Shown here: piece after piece, positions 26,445 to 36,300 of the stretch
How positions within the stretch are numbered: the stretch's first letter is position 1
Layout of the letters: every line of letters starts with the position of its first letter
From: a virus
Taxonomy: Duplodnaviria; Caudoviricetes
DNA: 52,394 nucleotides
Virus record (IMG/VR): IMGVR_UViG_3300042291_001547
Span: 1-52,394 of that record
Reading direction: 5' to 3' (one strand)
The notes under the pieces: generated by a model
What the model was told of the DNA's origin: nothing
The model's database searches: none
Seen by the model: only the letters and a program-made list of their open reading frames with translations
Program-made: the position numbers and the translations under genes

Positions 26445-27325
26445 GAGGATTGATTGCAGCCGCGCTTGGTGGAGTATCCAGAGGCGTCGGTCAAGTAGCC
26501 GAGAAACAGATTGAAGTTAACTCTCGAAAGGCTTTGATGGAAGCCGAAGAAGAGATGAACGCGCGCCTGGCCGAGGCTGCCGAAGGTCGCGCGATTGCCG
26601 CTGAAGGCCGAGCTGAAACCCGCCTGCTTGCTGCTGAAGGCCGAGCTGATGCTCGCGCGATTGCCGCTGAAGGCCGTTTGGATCCTGTTGAGCGAGAACA
26701 ACTGAGTCTGCTTCAAGCGCAGGTCTCTGGGGTTAGACGTGACAGCGCTTGGACGGAGAAAGAGCAAGGCATTAGAACGCGGCTTGGCGATGCGGTTTTT
26801 GGTTCGGAAGATTATAATACCGCACAGCAAGAACTTGACGCCATGCTGACTACGGGCACCCGCGCGCAACGCGCGCAAGACAACGTTGCTGCGGGCGCCA
26901 GATATGTAGACCTGGCTGAGTTAAATTTTGATCAGGCTGAACAGCTCAGAAAAGACCTTCGCGATGGAAACATTTTTGAGCCAGATGACGTTGCCGACGC
27001 TAATGAACGGATAATTCAGCTTCAAAGAAACGCAGAACGGGCGATGATGGACGCGAACGACTTGCTGTCTGGTGGAGGCAGCGGCGCGCGGCAGACGCCG
27101 ACGCAACCGCGAGTGCCCCTGGGGGCGCAACCGCAAAGCGCTCCGCAACCGCAGAGCGCTCCGCAACCGCAGAGCGCTCCGGGGGTGTCGTCCAGAGGGA
27201 TTATCTCTACGCAACAACTGCTAGGGATTACCCCTTCGCAACCAAGAGACCTTACTTTGTTTTTCAGACCGGGGACTACTATTCCCGTACGGCCGAGAGG
27301 AGAAATGATTAGTGGAGTCTTTTAA
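26441..27325 (+). CDS. Putative internal virion protein
   Basis: MRGLIAAALGG N-terminus, AAEGR repeats, (PQSAPQ)x3. Confidence 0.6.
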   Translation: MRGLIAAALGGVSRGVGQVAEKQIEVNSRKALMEAEEEMNARLAEAAEGRAIAAEGRAETRLLAAEGRADARAIAAEGRLDPVEREQLSLLQAQVSGVRRDSAWTEKEQGIRTRLGDAVFGSEDYNTAQQELDAMLTTGTRAQRAQDNVAAGARYVDLAELNFDQAEQLRKDLRDGNIFEPDDVADANERIIQLQRNAERAMMDANDLLSGGGSGARQTPTQPRVPLGAQPQSAPQPQSAPQPQSAPGVSSRGIISTQQLLGITPSQPRDLTLFFRPGTTIPVRPRGEMISGVF

Positions 27326-30300
27326 TTACTTAGCCGCCCGCCAGGCGGGGTATTCTGAAGAAGAGATTGGTCGTTTTCTTGCAAACCAATATTCTTTTGA
27401 CTATGACGGCGCGGTAGCAGAGGGGTACAAGCCTCAAGAGATCGTAGACTTTTTGTCTATCCGAGAAACGAAACCTGTGGCTGCTCCTGAAGTAGAAGAG
27501 CGCACGGTAGGTAATGCTGTCCAGGATTTAGCCGCGTCGTTTGGCGTCGGCACCGGGCAGCTGGTTGGCCTGCTGGGTTCAGCTTACGGCTTGACCACCG
27601 GGGACATGGACAACAGAGCCACTCGATTTGGCGCCAACACTGCTGAGTTCTGGGAGGCGCGTAAAACGCCTATACTCAAAGCCGCTGAAGATTTGCGCCA
27701 GGCCAGGGTTGACGCTGCTGAAGGTGAGTTTGAAAAAGCCGGCGTCGCCATTTGGGAGACTATTAAAAACCCAATGCTGCTTGTCAGCGAAGTCACCAAA
27801 CAGGTGCCTAACTTAGCGGTGGGCGGCCTTGCTGGTTTAGGTGCTAAGACGGTTGGCAAAGTAGGCGCAGCAACTCTTGGCAAAGAACTTAGTGAGCAGG
27901 CGGTAACCAAAATTGGTGTAGGCGCCGCTACGGGCAGTGAGCTTGGTTTGTCTTCGGCTGATTTTGGTCAGTCCGCGTACGACCAGTTGATGGCAATACC
28001 TGACGAGGTGTGGGCTGCAAACCCTGACCTGCAGGAAAGAACCGGTGGAAACCCTGACTTGTTCTTTAGGGTCAAGCGGGAGATGGCCACTGAGCTTGCG
28101 CAGAACAGCGCGATCGCCGGCGGCATTGTAACGTTCGGCCTGAATAAGTTACCCGGCGCAAAGACCATTGAAAAAGTATTGGGTGGCGACGCGTTAACCG
28201 GCACAAGAACTCGACGTGCACTCACGGGTCTCGCAGGCGAAACGGTATCTGAGGGCGCTGAAGAAGTGGCCACACAGCTGTCCGCTAATATCGCTCAAGC
28301 CCAGATAGATCCCAACACTGATTTGACCGCCGGTCTTGGCCAGGCGGGTGGCCTTGGCGCGTTAGTCGGCGGCGCCTTTGGTGCTGGTGCTGGCGCTCTG
28401 TCCCCGCAGAGAGCAGAGGCTCTAGCCCCGTCAGGCTTAGAAAGCCTGTCCGTCGGGCAGACAGACACTATAAACGGCAACATTGTCTCTAGAACCCAAT
28501 CCGGTTTTGACATAACCACTCCGACCGGCATGCGCATTCAGACTGATCTTAGTGGCGCGAACACTATACTTAACCGCCCGGTCGAGGAGCAACGGCCGCG
28601 CGGACTCCTACGCGACGCAACCAACGCCGGTGAAGCGGTATCCGCTGCAGAAGATATTATTGGCAGCATCGACGCAGACATCGAAGCCTTGGAAAGAGAA
28701 GTAGACCTGGCGTCGACTGACGCAATCGTTGAGTCGATTACCCCTGCTCCGATTACCCCTGCTCCGATTACCCCTGCTCCGCAGGAGACCCTTCAGTCTG
28801 GTCGAGGCCTGCTCGCTCAAGAGATGACCGGTACCGCGTCTGTTACCTTGCCTCCGGTTGAACCTGCGCCTACGTTAACCCTGGAGGCATTGGCGTCGGC
28901 TGACATCTCCAGTATGCCCGCGCCTGAGCGACAAGAGTTTTTAGCGGATCTAAATTTTGCCCGTACGGCAGAGCTGCCCGCTCAGCGTCAGAGCGCGCTC
29001 ACCCGTGCAGCAGAGACCTACGGCAGAACAGTTGGTCCTATTCAGCAGCCCGTAGCTCGAGCAACGCCTGAAGAAGCCCTGCAGGCCACCAGGCAGCCTA
29101 CTGCTGAACGTCTGACCACCGCTGCGCCAGACATAGACGCGCTGTTAGGCGCCGACACCCGCGGCCTGGATCAGGAAGACCGTGCAGACTTTAACGCTCA
29201 GCTGGCCATGGCACGCACCGCAGAGCCTGGTCCAGTTCAGACCGCTGCACTTAACCGTGCCGCTGAGATTTACGGCCGAGCGATAGGACCTATCCAGCCG
29301 CGCACACAAGCGCTTGCTGCGGAAAGGGTGACCACTGCAGCGCCTGATTTAGACGCACTGTTGACCGCGGATACCCGCGCCCTGCCACAGGAAGATCGAG
29401 ACGACTTTAACGCTCAGCTGGCTATGGCGCGCACCACAGAGCCTGGCCCCGCGCAGACCGCTGCACTTAACCGTGCTGCCGAGATTTACGGCCGGACGAT
29501 AGGGCCTATTCAGCCGCGCACACAAGGCAGCGCTCGACCCGAAGCGCCAAGACCGACCCGGTTGTTAGGACGAGCCACTGAAACATACACCGCGCCTGAG
29601 CTGCAAAGCTTAGCGGACAACACCAAATTGCCGGAGATTACTCGCCGAGGCGCTCAGATTGAGCTGCGTGCGCGTTCTGATTTCGCGACGTCCTTTAATC
29701 CCACAATGGCGCCCATGCGCACGCAACCTTTAGAGGTGTCAACGAATGTCGAAATCACCAGAGCAGCCCCAGCGACGCTTCAGCAAGGAGGCGCTGCGTC
29801 ATTGCCTGACGCCGCTGTTAACGTACCGACTAGAGCAGATGAAAGACGTGCAGCCTTCCAGCCAATCCTCGACTCCGTCCTGCGCCCCGGCGACCCCAAA
29901 ATAACTCTGGGCGCTCCGACGCCTGAAGCAGAAGCCCAGATCCAGGAGATGAGCAGCATCCTTGGCAGCGCGTTTGGCCAGGATCTGCCCGTGGTGGCGT
30001 TCTCTGATCCTTCGCCAGAATCGCCAAACGGTTTTGCGCTTAAAGGCCAGGCGTTTGTTAACGTGTCCGGGTTGCAGATCTCTGCCCCGCGCACAACGCT
30101 GCATGAGTTTAAACACGTTGTCGAGCAGATTGCACTTGCTGAGCGCGCGGCGGGGCTTACCGACACCGCCGCCCAGGAGTTTACCGAGCAGATAGAAAGC
30201 ATTTTCGACGACATGAGCGAGGAGGGTAAACGCAGCTACGCTGAGAAGCTGTTGTTCACCGCAGAACTTGAAGGCCTTTCTGGCGCTGAGCGGGAGACCC

Positions 30301-33300
30301 GGCTTCAAGAGCTGTTGGCTGACCCACTGCTGCGCTCAGAGATGACCGCTGACTTCCTGGGCAACCGTGCGCAGGATAAAAAGTTTTGGACTGACCTGGC
30401 CGCGGCAGATCCGCAAGGGTTTACCGGGTTCGTTGAGCGCTGGCTGGCCGTTGTTAATAACCTGCTGGCGCAACTACGCGGCGCTAAGAACCAGGGGACT
30501 AAAGAGTCTGCCAGGGTCGACAAGTATATCAAAGACTTGAACAGAGCCAAGCTGACCGCGCAGAGCGCGCTGATTAATTACCGCAAGGCCACTGGCCAGG
30601 CGCCCGTTGCTACGCCTGCCGCAGCCGCAGCGCCTCAGTTCTCTATAAAAGAAGGCGCCTCGTTGGCGGACACTGCATCCTTAGCCGGTGCTAACCGAGT
30701 CTCATCGTCGCAGACCTGGCGAAAGGGGCGGGACTTGAAGGTCGCGCTCCAGCAGCGCGTGATTGACGCAGCTGCCGCGCGGGGCATAGACGTCTCCACC
30801 GATAGCCCCGAGACCCGTGAGTACCTGCGCGAAGTAGGTATGAAAGACGCACTGGCCGCGCTAAACCAAAACCCCAACGCCATTGGCTGGTACGACATTA
30901 AAACGCGCCAGGCCTTAGCCGTGATGTCTCTGGTTCACCCAGAGATCGCACGCGATGAGAACGCCCGGTTTGCGTTTACCTGGGCTTTGGCCGTTACTTC
31001 AAACGGCATGAAGGTAGAGCAGAATTTTGAGTTAGCTGAGAAGGCGTACGATCGGTACAAGCGCGACGGCGTAATGCCGTCAAACTTGGGGGCGGGTACC
31101 GCTGGAAAAGCGATTAACCAATCGCTCGCAATGTTCAACGAACTGCGCGACGCGTGGGGCATCGACAACCTACGCCAGTTCATGCAGACCAATTTTACGG
31201 TTAGCGAGATCACCGGCCTGAGCAAAGACCTGACCCCGGGCGGCGAGTTTGCAAACACCACGGTTAAAGGCGCTGCTATCCTTGGCCCTAAGATCGGCAA
31301 CGGGTTCTTCTCTAACCTGTACGGAGACTTCACCAGCCTGACCATGGATCGATGGCTTATCCGCACCTGGGGACGCTGGACGGGGACGCTTATCAAAGCG
31401 ATGCCTGAGCAGACCGCTCTGGCACGCACCCGGTTATCCAACAACGTGAAGGCTATAGTAGCGAACAAACAAGAGGCCGCTCGGTTAGAGGCGCTCATCG
31501 GCGCTGAGATCACCGCCGACATGGACGTTGATCAGTTGTCCGCGGTGGTACAAAAAGCGTCTATGGATCCTAAGATCCGAGCAAAGCTTAACGAGACTGA
31601 TCTAGGGCAGACCCTGCGACTGGCCGGCAATAGCCTGGCCAAGTATCTCGACGGGCAAAAAGAAGCGCCATCTGGGCCAGAAGAGCGTCAGTACATCCGT
31701 GCCGTGTTTAATGATATACTTGACGAGCTGAATCAGACAGACCAGTATAAAGACCTCATGATGGCAGATCTCCAGGCTGTCCTGTGGTATGCTGAAAAAC
31801 GGCTATACGAAACTGCTAAAGACGACCCAAATCAACTTGCCGCAGACGAAGGCGTCGAAGGTTATGACGACGAGTCTGCGCCAGACTACGCTAACGCCGC
31901 CGCGCGTATAGCTCGTCAGAAGGGCGTCACAGACAAGCGTATTAATGCGACATTAAAGAGAATAGAAAATGAACGATCAACAGCAGCACGATCTGAAGAT
32001 GGCGTCTCGCAAGACGCTGGAGACAGGCAGCCGGCAACAGGTAGAGGCTTTACTCGCCAAGAAAAACGCAAGTTCATTGGAGAGCGAGCCGTCCTCAGAG
32101 TCAGGGCCGATCGAATGGGCGATGCGCAATCACCCGGGTCTTACTCGTCAAAAGGCCAACCAGATGGCGGACGCGTTCGGGTTCTAAAATCTTTAGGTGT
32201 CTCGTACACCAACGAGTGGAAGTTAAACCGAGACGCCGCCACGGCGTTCAGGGCTAATAAGATGCCTGCTCCAGAGTTCCTGGAGTTGGCATCAACTGCA
32301 GAAAATGCTCAGAAATTTGCCGAAAGCATCTCAGAAAATAAAGCCACACATCCTTTTGGCGCAGCTGTTTACGTGTACTCTCCTGAAGAGTACCGAGACA
32401 TGCGCCTGTTCCTTACTGAAGACGGCAAGTCTGGCGTAGCAATCAAGCCTGACGGGGACATCGTTTCTGTGTTCAGTACCGGTGGCGCCGGACGAGCTGT
32501 AATGGAGCTGGCGGTGGCCGCGGGCGGAAGAAAGCTAGACGCCTTTGACACCATCCTCCCAAAGTTCTACGCACCGCATGGATTCCGAGCCGTTGCTCGA
32601 ACCCGGTGGAACGACGAGTTTGCACCAGAAGAGTGGAACAAAGACACGTTCGAAGAGTTTAACAACGGCGAACCCGACGTTGTATTCATGGTTTACGACC
32701 CCGCTAAGATGGACGCCGAGTACAGCGCTAAAGACGGCAAAGTCATGGCTGAGTACGACCGTGCGGTAAGTCTTCAGAACCGTGAGATGAAGCGGTTAAC
32801 GCCGCAGTTCAGCCGCAAGCAGGGCGACGTCCTGGCCAGAGATCCTCGTCTGGAGCAAGCCGCTCAGGGGATGAAGGAAGGTACGGTTACAAGCGCTGAG
32901 TACCGCGAGCTGGTAAATGCAATCAAGCCGGTTACCCCGTATACGGAAGCCCCAGATCCAGCCAAGCCCGAGGACATTCGACGCGCGCTGACGTCTGACA
33001 AACTTGATCGGATCGGCGTGCCCAGTAAAACGCTTAAGGCCGGAGACCCGGTCGGTCTGCGCCTGGATATCCCAGCCTACGCCAACCACGGCGTGTGGGT
33101 TGTCTCTGTTCACGATCAGATACCAGGCTTTGCTGCCGGCAAGTCGATCGGCTACGAGAGCGTGGCTTCGGTTACAAACCCCACCTTTGGCGTCGTTGAA
33201 AGCGCAGCGCTCAACATTGCCTCCGGGAAACCGAAAGCCACCATCGCGGTAATGAAGGGCGACTGGAAACCAATCACTCCTAAGCAAGCATCTGCTACCG

Positions 33301-36300
33301 CCAAGCTTGCTATGGATTCAAAGAGCTGGGCACAGGTGGGCATGGACCCTACCCGGCACGCGTACTTCTACGACCGCGCCACGCTCCAGCCAGTTGTGTC
33401 CGCTGACGAAGCAATCCAGGTGGGACCTCTCGTTCTTGCTAAGAACCCGGTGTACGGTAACAAAGAGGATTTTCATTTTAGCCGTAAGCAGGCCGATGAC
33501 ACCGACGAGCCGGTCAGGATTCGACTGGGTCGAACCGATAACACGGCTGCTAATAAGGCCTTGGATTCTCTCCAGGCTAAGCTTGCGGCCAACCCGCTAA
33601 ACGATAGAGAGCTTACGCGCAAAGGCGCAGCGGTTAACCTGTCCGTGGACAACGGGGCGCTACGCATATCCGATATTCGCAGCACATCACCCGGCCAAGG
33701 CGAGGCTTCAGAGCTGTTGGATATGGTGCTCGCCGAAGCAGACACCGCTGGCACAAAGGTTACGCTTTTCGCAGACAGCTACGTCGAAGACAGCGGGCTT
33801 AACACCGATGCCCTGGTCGATTGGTATTCTCGCCGTGGGTTTGAAGAGGTGCGACGAGACGAAGACGGCGTAGAAATGCGTCGGTACCCTGCTAATCTGC
33901 AGTTCAGCCGTAAGCAGGGCGGCGACGAGGTTGCAGACATCCGCGATGCCCGTGAAGAGCGGAACCTGCGAATGTTCTCTCAAGATTTACGGTCTCGAAT
34001 TTCAGATTCAGTTAAAACTCGCGCCGAGAATACCCGTAAAGTCGATGCTGAGGGGGGTTTCCTGGGCTTAGAAGTAGGAGACACTTTCTTGACCCAGGGG
34101 GCGGGAGGGCGCCGCTGGCGTAATAAGGTTATCGCTAAAAGTTTATCGCGTGTCGGTCCCTCTATGCGTAGGCCTACAGGTAACCTGAACCCTATATCTT
34201 CTGAATTTGAATATACTTTCGACAATACGGTTTACACCCCTGCCTTGTACGTAGAGACCATTGGTCCTGACGGAGACGTGTCGCAGACTACAAACCTGCT
34301 CTATCTCTTGGACCAGACCGGCTACACTAAAATGGGAGGGCCGAAGTTCAGCCGTAAGCAGACAGACACGCCCGACATCCGATTCAGCCTCAAGCAGCAG
34401 CCGTTTTACAGCAGCCTTAAAAGGGCTGTGGGTGATATGCCTGAGCGTATGCGCACGCAGCCTGCTAAACAGTGGGTGCAGTGGCTCACCTCGCCATCGA
34501 ATCAGAGCCGCTTCGGGTTTAAGAAAGACGAGGTCAGCTGGTCAGGCGTTGAGGATTACCTCAACCTACGCGGCAAGGATAAGGTCACTGCTGACGACAT
34601 CATCCAGTACCTGAACGAAAACAACGTGGTTGTACAGGACGTTGTGCTCGGTGGTACGCCGGTAGAAGAAAGCGCATACCCTGCCGGCACGTTCATGCTT
34701 CCGGAGTCTGGAGAGACTGGCGACATGGCGTATTGGCGCGAAGAGCTACAGCGCATTGCCGAGGAAGAAGAACTAGACGTTGATACTTTAATGGATGAGC
34801 TGGAGGATGTATCCGGTGAATCTATGCCTGTCGATGCTCCCGAAGACTCTGTTCAATACTCGCAGTACGTGGCAGGGCAGGGCGAAAATTACCGTGAAGT
34901 GCTGATCACTCTACCTGTCAAACAGGTTACAAAAACCTGGGTTGCTGACGACACTAAGAATGGTTGGCGGGTAAAAGACCAAGACGGATTGTATCTAGGC
35001 ACTATCCGTAAAGATAACGCCAAGACCGCGGAAGAAGCTATCGCCGAAGCCGCGCTTACGTTTCGAGGACGCAAACGTGCAGAGGAGGTGGACTATAAAT
35101 CTAGCCACTGGAGCGCGCCCAACGTTCTAGCCCATTTACGCGTGGATGACCGGTTTACATTAACGCCGTTGACGCCTGATGAAATAGCCAAGTTAGAGCT
35201 AATAGGCAAGGCTGAACCTAAGTTGAGCGCTGCGCGAAATAGATTAAGAGTTGCGCGGCGCGGTGCTGCTTTACGCCGCGACGTTCGTATCGATGCCCTT
35301 AAAGATGAGCTGCGGCCACTGGTGCGCGCGGGGCAGCTGCCCTTATCAGAGATGATTGCCAGACTGGATGAGGTGTCTAGCGAAGAAGATCCTTTAGTTA
35401 AAAAAGCAGCTGAAGAATTTCGCCAGTTGCAGGACTCTCTTTCAATTCCAAATACCCCTGTTCAAAATCGACAGAGCGTATTGTTCGTCAACGAAGTCCA
35501 GTCCGACTGGGGACAAGATGCTCGTAAAAAGGGTGTCCGGTCAGAGACTTTTGTAAAAGATGACAGATCAGTGTGGTCGGCTTTTGACGAATATACCGAC
35601 ACTCTTTACAGCGGCCGTTTTGACCGGGCGCTGGACTACTTAAGAATCAGATCTATAAATCCTGTGAGTTTTTTAAGGAATTCGTCTACTGATGAAATAA
35701 AAACGTTCTTCAACAAGTACGAACCTGAAAACGCAGCCGAGATAATTCCTTTGGCGGAGACTTATAAAAACGTAAGCGCGTTGCGTGAATCCCAGGCGGT
35801 GTCTTCTAAAGGCGTGTCCCCTGCACCGTTCATAGGCGACACCGAATCCTGGGCTACCTTGGCTATCAAGCGCGCGGTAATCCTGGCGGTGGACGGTGGC
35901 TACGATAAGTTGGCTTTCGTCAACGGCGAGCAAGCTGCTGAGATGTTTGATCTAAGTAAGCGCGTGGGAGAGATCTTATACAATGAGGGAGACGGTCGAT
36001 ACTCGTTAGTAATATACAGCCCTGACAATGACTTAATTCATAAGCAGGATAACGCCTCCCCAGACGATGTCGCTAACCTAATTGGTAAAGACCTGGCTAA
36101 TAAAATAGTCAACGGTGAAGGGGTGTACAGTGATAGTTACGGCGCCACGGTTATCTCGGGACTCGACCTGAAAGTCGGCGGTGAAGGCATGGCCGGTTTC
36201 TACGACGGCATCGTGCCTAACATCCTGCGTAAACTTGCCAAGAAGTTCGGCGGCACGGTAGCTGTTGAGCCAGTCCAGGTCAGCCCGGGACGTAGCAAGA

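Noticed and set aside
683-35696. Other CTGATGA heptamers (e.g. ~683, 7086, 8281, 24894, 35176, 35689)
   Set aside because: They lie in coding sequence and I could not see stem II plus GAAA plus stem III around them; not exhaustively scanned
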